Virus record (IMG/VR): IMGVR_UViG_3300012667_000666
Span: 1 to 32,935 of that record
Origin: a virus
Lineage: Duplodnaviria > Caudoviricetes
Length of the DNA stretch: 32,935 nucleotides
Reading direction: 5' to 3' (one strand)
Of this stretch, positions 17,027-24,367 are shown piece by piece (within the stretch, counting starts at the first letter, position 1; the number at the start of each line of letters is the position of its first letter). Below the pieces are notes generated by a model. That model searched no databases. It had not been told where the DNA came from and saw only the letters and a program-made list of their open reading frames with translations. The position numbers were made by a program, and so were the translations under genes.

Positions 17027-17901
17027 AGTTTATTGATATAATTGATGTTAAAGTTTGTCATATTTTGTTGAACCAAAGACAGCTCAGTAGACATACCGAA
17101 GTCGACCTCATGCTCAAACTTACCTGCTTGCAATCCGGATGGCGACTCATCGAACTTAATAGAGTTCAACCCAGCCCAAACTGCAGCACTCGAATCCCAG
17201 GAGTAAATATACTCCATCAGGCCAGCAGAAGTCAACAGCTCAATCTCGTTTGGTCCGTCTGTCATGCCTAAACAATGGAAGCGCTTGACTGCTGCCCCGT
17301 CTAGCATCCCTGCTTTCTTCAGCTCCATCAGCATTCTCCAACGAGATAAGAATCGTTGAAGTTTATATGCCTCGCCGCGCTTGCCGTTACCGTGAGAACT
17401 CTCATCTACTCGGAATGCAATTGGGCATGTCAGAATGGATACACCGATCAGATCGACATCGGGATTACCGAGCGCCCAATCGAATGACTTCAATGCTCCA
17501 TCAAGATCACCGATCTCGCTCTGTGGAACGAAGAATGTGCCAAAGCCAGCATCCTTCAATTGAGGGATCATTTCTGCTGCTGCATCTACCGTCTTGAGCC
17601 ATCGCTCTTTTGGATAGTCCGACATCACCACGACATCTGCCTTGCAACGCTTACCCATTTCGATTAGCTTAGAAGAGTCGTACATAGGACGACCTTGCTT
17701 GAACATCTCGAATGCTGAGTTATCCATGATCTTTACTTTGCCATCATCGAGATTGGCATAGTAATCTGCATACACTGGATCCTGCTCAACCAAATGCGCA
17801 AGCAGCAAGTGTGCTCCGTTAGTTTGGGTAAACTGATCTAGGTATGCTGTAGGGGAGATGTGGCAGAATTTAATCGGTGCCGATGGATCACGTGTTATCA
17901 T
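17014..17901 (-). CDS. dpdA3: TGT-like TIM-barrel protein, probable DpdA3-type 7-deazaguanine transglycosylase
   Basis: IMDNSAFE (compare TGT DSGGF), DYP, FHCLG and WDSS match the TGT catalytic layout; clustered with folE/queD/queE. Confidence 0.72.
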   Translation of the reverse strand: MITRDPSAPIKFCHISPTAYLDQFTQTNGAHLLLAHLVEQDPVYADYYANLDDGKVKIMDNSAFEMFKQGRPMYDSSKLIEMGKRCKADVVVMSDYPKERWLKTVDAAAEMIPQLKDAGFGTFFVPQSEIGDLDGALKSFDWALGNPDVDLIGVSILTCPIAFRVDESSHGNGKRGEAYKLQRFLSRWRMLMELKKAGMLDGAAVKRFHCLGMTDGPNEIELLTSAGLMEYIYSWDSSAAVWAGLNSIKFDESPSGLQAGKFEHEVDFGMSTELSLVQQNMTNFNINYINKLCGM

Positions 17902-17919
17902 AACGAAAGAACCTCACTG

Positions 17920-18495
17920 TTAGTTTGTGTTGGCTGACCTTTGTAAGCCTTGATTATAAAATACAACAGACCTCGTACCAAGTGCTGTTGTTTGTGTGTT
18001 AGAAGTAGTGTTGGTCGCAATGCCGACATTATTCTGATTAGTTGTCGTGCCTGCTTCGGCAGCAGCTGCCTTCGATTCTTCTTCTGCCAATAATGCTTTG
18101 ATAAGTGCCAATAGTTGCAACGCTTCTAGGACACATTGAATCTCTTTCGATAGTTCGAGGTTCAAGAAGTCGAGGTTGAGCGTTGGCAGCTTCGGTAAAA
18201 TTAGTGCAAGATTGAGGGAAGGAATAGTGAAGTTGAGTGCCGAAAGATTGAGCTTCATCTGAAGGTCAATACACTTCTCTTGGCGGCGCTTGGCTTTATT
18301 TGCGTTAGGGATCTTTGGCGTAAACTTAGTCAACCCATTCGTTGACACGGCCGGAATGGTGATGTTGGTGGGGTCTGTAGTTATCTTAACTAACCCTGAA
18401 GCAAGAACTGCTGTGCCAAGGGCTGCGGCTTTATTCTTGCTTGCTGCTGCGGCCAACAAGGCCACCAAAGATACTTGTCCTAACGTAACGCTCAT
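17920..18495 (-). CDS. Low-complexity Ala/Leu/Thr/Asn-rich hypothetical protein
   Basis: 191 aa ORF with an ATGA overlap upstream; no recognisable motif. Confidence 0.6.
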   Translation of the reverse strand: MSVTLGQVSLVALLAAAASKNKAAALGTAVLASGLVKITTDPTNITIPAVSTNGLTKFTPKIPNANKAKRRQEKCIDLQMKLNLSALNFTIPSLNLALILPKLPTLNLDFLNLELSKEIQCVLEALQLLALIKALLAEEESKAAAAEAGTTTNQNNVGIATNTTSNTQTTALGTRSVVFYNQGLQRSANTN

Positions 18496-18650
18496 AGTAG
18501 TGCTTCCTCAGCTTTCGAAATGTCAAAAGGAGGTTCGTATACTCGCAACTTCACGATACGGCCTTGATCCCATCTAGGGAAAGGCCACTTACCTTGAGCT
18601 CGCTTAATATCGAACACTCGCTCTTGCATCGATGCTGTGACTGCATCCAT
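18492..18650 (-). CDS. 52-aa hypothetical protein
   Basis: ATG 18650 overlaps the upstream TAA (TAATG); its stop overlaps the next start. Confidence 0.55.
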   Translation of the reverse strand: MDAVTASMQERVFDIKRAQGKWPFPRWDQGRIVKLRVYEPPFDISKAEEALL

Positions 18651-19078
18651 TAAACCGTCAACACTGGCTTCCAATTCAAGCGACATCCATTCTCTCCATC
18701 TTCAGATACTTCGATGGTGAACTCGCGACCAGGCCATGCTTCGATGCATTTATTATATAGGTCGCGAGCCATCATCTCACATGACTTATAATCTAAGGCC
18801 AGCGTGCCGTCCTTATACCAACTCTCGATTATACGCTTTGCCTGAATAAACTCAACATCTCGGTCATCGTGGAACACCTGCATCTCCACTCTGAAGTGGA
18901 AGATATGGCGGTGTGGTGTGGCCAGGAAGCTGACGTCCAACCAATCACCAGTAGCTAGCTTAGGGTCTGTGGCTGCAGCTGGGTATTTGTGGATTCCTTC
19001 TTTTTGGAAGGTTACCCACACATACGATGAATTTAGTGTTAGTGTCGTTGGTGAATTTTGCGTTAGTGTCGCTGTCAT
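18650..19078 (-). CDS. dpdL: QueD-paralogous T-fold protein, probable DpdL (predicted 7-carboxy-7-deazaguanine decarboxylase)
   Basis: EGIHKYP, FLATPHRHIFHF (LxxxHRHxF), DRDVEF, SCEMMA, EVSEDGENG; start reassigned to ATG 19078. Confidence 0.72.
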   Translation of the reverse strand: MTATLTQNSPTTLTLNSSYVWVTFQKEGIHKYPAAATDPKLATGDWLDVSFLATPHRHIFHFRVEMQVFHDDRDVEFIQAKRIIESWYKDGTLALDYKSCEMMARDLYNKCIEAWPGREFTIEVSEDGENGCRLNWKPVLTV

Positions 19079-19079
19079 A

Positions 19080-19607
19080 TTAGATCCATTTCGAAATGTC
19101 GTAACTGTACTGTGCTTGGTCAAAGAATACATCACCGATCCACTCATGTGCAATCAGCGGGGATTTATTAGGAACGAAGAATCCACTCTCGCCATAATCC
19201 CCCTCAACAATAGGGAAGTGTTCCATCACTTTCAAAAGGCCTGGAACATCCCACATGCGAACTTTACCGGTAAGCATACCATACTTGTTCGACCAACCAG
19301 GACTCACTGTAACGTACTTGTCAGCTTTAGTCAACAGCAATGCTGATGGGGCGCCACTCTTATAGTGCGTCTCAAAGAAGTTTGATAGGCGGTTCTCGCC
19401 CTTATACGTCTTTGCGGAGAACTTAATTTCGACATGCAACTGCCCGAGCATTCCATCCCAGTCAGTATTCTTGCCTTCATTAACATCCACACTAAAGGTA
19501 GTTCGTTTCTTGCGCGCAATCAGGTTAAGCAAGGCCTTTTCAGCTTCCTTGGATTTCTTAAACCCGCCACCAGCAATGTCACCTAATTCATGAGTAACGA
19601 CAATCAT
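19080..19607 (-). CDS. Putative PD-(D/E)XK nuclease-fold protein
   Basis: N-terminal helix Glu (KEAEK) followed by DWDG...HVEIKF, the D...ExK catalytic spacing. Confidence 0.55.
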   Translation of the reverse strand: MIVVTHELGDIAGGGFKKSKEAEKALLNLIARKKRTTFSVDVNEGKNTDWDGMLGQLHVEIKFSAKTYKGENRLSNFFETHYKSGAPSALLLTKADKYVTVSPGWSNKYGMLTGKVRMWDVPGLLKVMEHFPIVEGDYGESGFFVPNKSPLIAHEWIGDVFFDQAQYSYDISKWI

Positions 19608-19624
19608 TTAGTAAGTCCTAAAAT

Positions 19625-19657
19625 AAAAAAAGGCCCACACCATAAGATGTAGGCCCC
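19625..19657 (-). terminator. Intrinsic terminator after the winged-helix gene
   Basis: GGGCCTACATC-TTAT-GGTGTGGGCC hairpin followed by a T7 tract on the minus strand. Confidence 0.8.
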
Positions 19658-19674
19658 AAACTGCCTAATATTGA

Positions 19675-19929
19675 TTAGGCAAAAACGCTTGCACCCATTG
19701 CAGCAGTTGCAACGGCAACCATTTTACGGCTCGGTGTACCCAAACGATATTGGTGGGTTACACGGCCCTTTGTATCTGTCTTCTTGTTCAAGTAGATTGC
19801 ATGGCCTTCTTGGCGAAGAAGGGAAACGATCTTGGAAGGAGACTTGACGTTGAAGTAAGCGCTGAGCTCTTTAGATGTAAACTCTTTACCGGACTTCAAA
19901 GAAGAAAGAATGCGTGATTTCTGATTCAT
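19675..19929 (-). CDS. Small basic winged helix-turn-helix DNA-binding protein
   Basis: 84 aa from ATG 19929; RILSSLKSGKEFTSKEL...SKIVSLLRQEGHAI...YRLG wHTH pattern; GGAG RBS. Confidence 0.75.
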   Translation of the reverse strand: MNQKSRILSSLKSGKEFTSKELSAYFNVKSPSKIVSLLRQEGHAIYLNKKTDTKGRVTHQYRLGTPSRKMVAVATAAMGASVFA

Positions 19930-19973
19930 AATAAAATAACTCCATAGGATTAAAAAAAGACTGGACAGTACCA

Positions 19974-20010
19974 GAGCCATCATTATAATGGCTCCTTTTG
20001 GTTAAGTCAA
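19974..20010 (-). promoter_or_regulatory. Sigma70-type early promoter with an inverted repeat around the -10
   Basis: TTGACT(20005-20010)-17 nt-TATAAT(19982-19987); GAGCCAT-N7-ATGGCTC at 19974-19994. Confidence 0.8.
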
Positions 20011-20720
20011 CGAGCAGCAGCAAACTGAAGTTTCACGTGGGACATGAATTCTGCTTTTACAGAGTCGTTGTGGAACAGACCATGTACTACACAAGTCTGA
20101 GTCAGGCTCGAATGAGCCATAACACCGCGGTTCTCCATACAACCATGAGTTGCTTGGATGTACACAGCACAGTTCTCTGTATCTGTGGCCTTCATGATCT
20201 CTTTTGCAATTTGGTTTGCGAGATCTTCTTGCAGCGTACCGCGACGGGCACACCACTGAGCAATACGGGCATATTTGGATAGACCGATTACTTCACCTGT
20301 AGGGATAATACCAATGATGGCTGTACCCTTGACAGGTTGGTGGTGATGTGAACACATAGAGATCAATTCAGCACGTACGACCAACATGCCTTCGAATCGC
20401 TCTGCACCTTCATTAGGGAAGGCGGTAACTTTTGGTGGCTTCTCGTAACGACCAGCCATCAACTCATACACATACATCTTAGCTAGGCGTCTAGCTGTGT
20501 CGTGTGAGTTAGGATCATTCTCAACGTCGATGATCAGACTTTCCAATACACCCTGGAACTTCTCAGCGACTTCGTCAACTAACTTAGGAACTTCATCCTC
20601 GTTCAAGAACTCGGAGATATTATCGTTTGCATTGAAACGCTTATTGGCTTCCTTCAAGCGATTCCGGACCGTTGCCGAGACCAAGTAGGTACCTTCACTG
20701 TTTGCTTTTTCTTTTGCCAT
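20007..20720 (-). CDS. folE: GTP cyclohydrolase I
   Basis: DTARRLAKMY, SMCSHH, IGLSKYARI, LQE, HGCMENRG; Zn ligands Cys/His/Cys present. Confidence 0.96.
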   Translation of the reverse strand: MAKEKANSEGTYLVSATVRNRLKEANKRFNANDNISEFLNEDEVPKLVDEVAEKFQGVLESLIIDVENDPNSHDTARRLAKMYVYELMAGRYEKPPKVTAFPNEGAERFEGMLVVRAELISMCSHHHQPVKGTAIIGIIPTGEVIGLSKYARIAQWCARRGTLQEDLANQIAKEIMKATDTENCAVYIQATHGCMENRGVMAHSSLTQTCVVHGLFHNDSVKAEFMSHVKLQFAAAR

Positions 20721-20721
20721 A

Positions 20722-20940
20722 TTATCCTTTCTTGGGTGGCTTAGGAGGCATGTCTGGATATGACCCCCACGGTAATCTAAAATCTTCTGGTAGCTCCGCC
20801 AACCTAGGCGACGTGAACCATTGTTGTTGTGCTACTTGAACGTAGGCTCCATCTTCAATCCTATAACGCGTCAGGAATTCCCGATGGTCATATATGCCAT
20901 CAGGAGCCCAATGGAACATTCTGAATTTCTTCTCTGTCAT
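20722..20940 (-). CDS. 72-aa hypothetical protein between queD and folE
   Basis: ATG 20940 directly after the queD stop; ends immediately before the folE start. Confidence 0.6.
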   Translation of the reverse strand: MTEKKFRMFHWAPDGIYDHREFLTRYRIEDGAYVQVAQQQWFTSPRLAELPEDFRLPWGSYPDMPPKPPKKG

Positions 20941-20941
20941 A

Positions 20942-21445
20942 TTAAGCGAATAAGTCTTCATTCCACTCACGGTGACCTTCACGGTACGCCATGTTGGCTT
21001 GTGTCTCGCGCACTTCGACTTTGTAACACCACAGACGATCTGCTTCTGCCTGACCCCACATATCGGGGATGTATACGCCATTGATATACTTGTACAGTTG
21101 GTCGGCGAGGCCTTCACATCCCAACTTAGGGAGGATAGTCAGTTTAGCCATATGACGGCGTTCCAACTCCTTATACATCTCCAGTTCAGGATCGTCCTCA
21201 GCCACTAGCAATGTATGATCGAATTGACTCTCGAGTACGTTCTTCAATTCCTTCAACCCACCATAATCGGCAGCCCAGTTACGGACATCTAGGTTATCTG
21301 TACCGAAGTAAAACTTCATACTGAATGCATATCCGTGGATCAGATTACAATGCGAATCGGCACGCCATTGACGATATGCTACCGGAAATGCATTAACGTA
21401 TTCCTTTGTACTCGTATACTTGTATTGAATATTTGGTTTGCTCAT
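20942..21445 (-). CDS. queD: 6-carboxy-5,6,7,8-tetrahydropterin synthase (QueD/PTPS family, HGY variant)
   Basis: AYRQW...HCNLIHGY, DYGGLK, FDHTLL, CEGLA, VEVRET; T-fold; between queE and folE. Confidence 0.88.
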   Translation of the reverse strand: MSKPNIQYKYTSTKEYVNAFPVAYRQWRADSHCNLIHGYAFSMKFYFGTDNLDVRNWAADYGGLKELKNVLESQFDHTLLVAEDDPELEMYKELERRHMAKLTILPKLGCEGLADQLYKYINGVYIPDMWGQAEADRLWCYKVEVRETQANMAYREGHREWNEDLFA

Positions 21446-21447
21446 TA

Positions 21448-21900
21448 TTATTCCTTTTCCCACCAGAAGTCAATCCAGCTAGGATCCACTTTTCTGCTAA
21501 ACTTAGTACCATAGAAGTTTGGTATTATACGCTGATCTTCATTATAAAGCAACGAGGCGATTAGGATCTTATCGCGAACGCAACCCCAATCCTCGATCAA
21601 CTCTTCAAGAGTTCTGCCAGAGTCCAGAATATCATCCACTAGTAAAATCTTTTTGCCTTCGGAGATGTCGTCAGCAATATCATAAGCGTGTTCTCTCATC
21701 TGGTCTTTATGGAAGGTAGACCATGATACGCTACGCATAGGCACATCGAGGCGATGTGATAGCATCACTGCTGGAATCAATCCACCACGAGCAATGCCCA
21801 CGATGTAATCGATCGGCTCACCATGCACAATCACATCGCGAGCTATCTTTTGTATATCGGCTAGGAAATTATGGTGTGAGTAGTACATTTTATTTTCCAA
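21448..21900 (-). CDS. Type I phosphoribosyltransferase (xanthine/guanine PRT-like)
   Basis: VGIARGGLIPA, PRPP-binding loop LLVDDILDSGRT, C-terminal WIDFWWE (compare Gpt WIEQPWD). Confidence 0.9.
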   Translation of the reverse strand: MENKMYYSHHNFLADIQKIARDVIVHGEPIDYIVGIARGGLIPAVMLSHRLDVPMRSVSWSTFHKDQMREHAYDIADDISEGKKILLVDDILDSGRTLEELIEDWGCVRDKILIASLLYNEDQRIIPNFYGTKFSRKVDPSWIDFWWEKE

Positions 21901-22780
21901 TCACGTTACCGAACACATAGCAGTGATTGCGAGTGGCTACATTAAAGCCACGCTTCATTGCTTCCATTGCAATTACAGCAACCTGCTCATCTTCTTGTTG
22001 GTCCTTAGTCGCGCCGACTGGCATGACCCACAACTCTAAAGGAGTGTCCGTGTGCTTGCGGATAGCTGCGACAGCATTGTCCAACTCTTCCCAGCAAGCT
22101 GGCGTGCCATTAACAACAAACTTCAATACATGGCTATGACCTAGACCGATGTAATGTGCTATCACTTCCGGAACGACTGCATCCTTCTCACCAGATACAT
22201 TGAACAGCTTCGGCGACATCGCAAAGTGGATATGTGTGCCTCTGAAGTTGCGGAACGTGAAGTCGATGAATGCAGGCAACGGCTTTTGAGTTGCATTAGT
22301 TTCGATCGTGATCGTCTGAGGCGAATTTCCTCGAGTCTCAAACTCATCGATGATTGCGACCATCGCCTTCTGCCACATCATTGGCTCGCCACCAGTAAAG
22401 CAAAGCATTGCATCTTGCTTAGTGACCGGGTGAACAAACTTACCATCTGGATTGGAAGGATGCTTCATTTCATCTTCCATTTTCTGACAGATCTCAGCTG
22501 CAGTATTGTCATGTACCAAGTGTTTGTACTTGGTTGACCATGAGTAGGATGAATCGCATCCATGGTTCCATACAGGAAGATCCTCTAGTCGTTTGATATT
22601 AGATACATCAAACGTTGCGTATGGCAGCACATACGTATCGGGATTAGTCGGATCATCTTGTCCAAACCCATTACATTCTAAATTGCAGCCGTAGAATCGC
22701 AACCATACGCTGGGCTTACCAGCATACTGTGCTTCTCCTTGGAAGCTATAGAATATCTCGCTATATCTAAACTTTTTCAT
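21890..22780 (-). CDS. queE: 7-carboxy-7-deazaguanine synthase (radical SAM)
   Basis: SEIFYSFQGE, PSVWLRFYGCNLEC...GCDS, FTGGEP, IETN, SPK; start reassigned to ATG 22780. Confidence 0.92.
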   Translation of the reverse strand: MKKFRYSEIFYSFQGEAQYAGKPSVWLRFYGCNLECNGFGQDDPTNPDTYVLPYATFDVSNIKRLEDLPVWNHGCDSSYSWSTKYKHLVHDNTAAEICQKMEDEMKHPSNPDGKFVHPVTKQDAMLCFTGGEPMMWQKAMVAIIDEFETRGNSPQTITIETNATQKPLPAFIDFTFRNFRGTHIHFAMSPKLFNVSGEKDAVVPEVIAHYIGLGHSHVLKFVVNGTPACWEELDNAVAAIRKHTDTPLELWVMPVGATKDQQEDEQVAVIAMEAMKRGFNVATRNHCYVFGNVIGK

Positions 22781-23528
22781 TTCTAACCCTGTCATTGAAA
22801 CTAATTACACTAGCCAGTATTGTACTACGATCCACAGCAGCAAGGCAACGGAGATCTTTAGGTAAGCAGTGGCCACCATATCCCAACTGACCATCCCATC
22901 CAGGAACATCAGTGTGTTTGAAGTTGATACGATCGTCGATGGCAATACCATCTCGTACGGGTCCAAAGTCTACCCCATACTTCTTGCATACCTGGTAGAT
23001 CATATTGAAGTACGATACCTTGGTGGCCAAGAATCCATTCTCGCCCAACTTAATAATTGCAGATTGAATCATATCAACCTTCAACTGCATCTCTCGTGTA
23101 CCGTACCCTCTTTCGAGTAACCATTCACCGAATGGATCAACAAGCGACTTATCGCCACCAAGCACGACTACCCAAGGCTTGTCGTTGATGTGGTCCCCAT
23201 ATTGCTTCATGAACTCTGGAAAGTGAATGATGTTCATCGTCGTCAGTGCACTAGGTGCACCTGTCTTCATCCACTCCGGAGAAACTGTACAACGTACTGC
23301 AACAGTTCCTTTGAATCCTCCGTCTCTCAGCTTCCATAAGCACTGATCGATCGCAGCATGATCATATGGACCGCCTTCCAAACTAGACACACATATAAGT
23401 GCGATATCGTGGGACGATAAGTCTTCTACATCGAGTCCCAACTTAGGATCAACCCAATCACACTCTACGCCAAGTGCTTGAGCAGTAGCAGTACCCACTT
23501 TTCCTTTTCCGAAAATCACAACCTTCAT
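22767..23528 (-). CDS. UDP-glucose/GDP-mannose dehydrogenase family protein lacking the C-terminal domain
   Basis: Rossmann GKGKVG, PEF, IKLGENGFLATKVSYFN, catalytic GYGGHCLPKD; 253 aa from ATG 23528. Confidence 0.85.
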   Translation of the reverse strand: MKVVIFGKGKVGTATAQALGVECDWVDPKLGLDVEDLSSHDIALICVSSLEGGPYDHAAIDQCLWKLRDGGFKGTVAVRCTVSPEWMKTGAPSALTTMNIIHFPEFMKQYGDHINDKPWVVVLGGDKSLVDPFGEWLLERGYGTREMQLKVDMIQSAIIKLGENGFLATKVSYFNMIYQVCKKYGVDFGPVRDGIAIDDRINFKHTDVPGWDGQLGYGGHCLPKDLRCLAAVDRSTILASVISFNDRVRNEKV

Positions 23529-23529
23529 A

Positions 23530-24150
23530 TTACGCTCCCAAGCTGATAGTGTTGGCTGTGGTAGTGAAAGTAACTGTGCCGGTCGGTGTACCTGATGCAA
23601 GGCTAGCTGCAACTTGCTCGGATACTTCCTTTGGTCGAATAACTACTTCGCCACGCTTCAGCTGACGTACCAGATTCTTTTGTTGGTTGAGAGCCCGGCT
23701 CAGGTGAACCGGATTAGCTTTCTTTGTGAAAGTGATTCCGTTCAGGTGATCAACCTCGTGCTGGAATGCTCGTGCAGTCATGCCAATGAACTTCTCTGTG
23801 TGCACTTCACCTAATGCATCTTGGAAACGTACCTTAATGACAGTCGGACGCTTGATCTTAACCAATAAGTGTGGGTAGCTAATGCAGCCTTCTTCGAGGG
23901 AAGAAATCTCTGAATTGGTATCGATGATTCGTGGGTTGAAGCACACGAATGGCTTCTCTGCCCACAACACAAATACGCGATGAGGTAATCCGCATTGGTT
24001 TGCTGAAATACCCAGTCCACGATGTGCGGTCATTGTTTCAATCAAGCTGTTGGCGAGCTCGACTGGATCGCAAGGAGGGTTTGTAAAATCAAACTCTTCC
24101 AGCTCAGTGCTCATTAGTGGGTGTGAAGGGTCAGCTAATTCTAGTACCAT
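23530..24150 (-). CDS. def: Peptide deformylase
   Basis: Motifs GLGISANQCG, EGCIS and QHEVDHLNG. Confidence 0.96.
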   Translation of the reverse strand: MVLELADPSHPLMSTELEEFDFTNPPCDPVELANSLIETMTAHRGLGISANQCGLPHRVFVLWAEKPFVCFNPRIIDTNSEISSLEEGCISYPHLLVKIKRPTVIKVRFQDALGEVHTEKFIGMTARAFQHEVDHLNGITFTKKANPVHLSRALNQQKNLVRQLKRGEVVIRPKEVSEQVAASLASGTPTGTVTFTTTANTISLGA

Positions 24151-24367
24151 TTTGATATCTTTCTGTCCATGATTTACCGCACGATAGGCAACGTTGCGGG
24201 CGTGTTGTTATATTCATATCGGGGTTAGTGTTAACCCCTTCCTTATTGTATACAGGAGGGTAGTATGCCATGGTGGTGTTACCAGGTCCATCCTCCGTGA
24301 TCATACAATCATCTCTGGAGCAGCCTAGGCCGCCGTCGATGAATTCTGCTAAGTATTGCTTCGTCAT
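24131..24367 (-). CDS. Small Cys-containing hypothetical protein (possible zinc ribbon)
   Basis: 78 aa; CxxxxC...CLSC; ATGA overlap with the gp46 stop. Confidence 0.7.
   Translation of the reverse strand: MTKQYLAEFIDGGLGCSRDDCMITEDGPGNTTMAYYPPVYNKEGVNTNPDMNITTRPQRCLSCGKSWTERYQNGTRIS

Noticed and set aside
17014-17901. Calling this a tRNA-guanine transglycosylase for queuosine
   Set aside because: No C-terminal CxCxxC zinc site, short length, and a DNA replication context fit a DpdA-type enzyme better
18650-19078. Calling this T-fold protein QueF or QueF-like
   Set aside because: It lacks the CP-x-T-x-x-PD and ExKSxKxY QueF motifs, has a His-rich QueD-type site, and no queC in the window supplies preQ0
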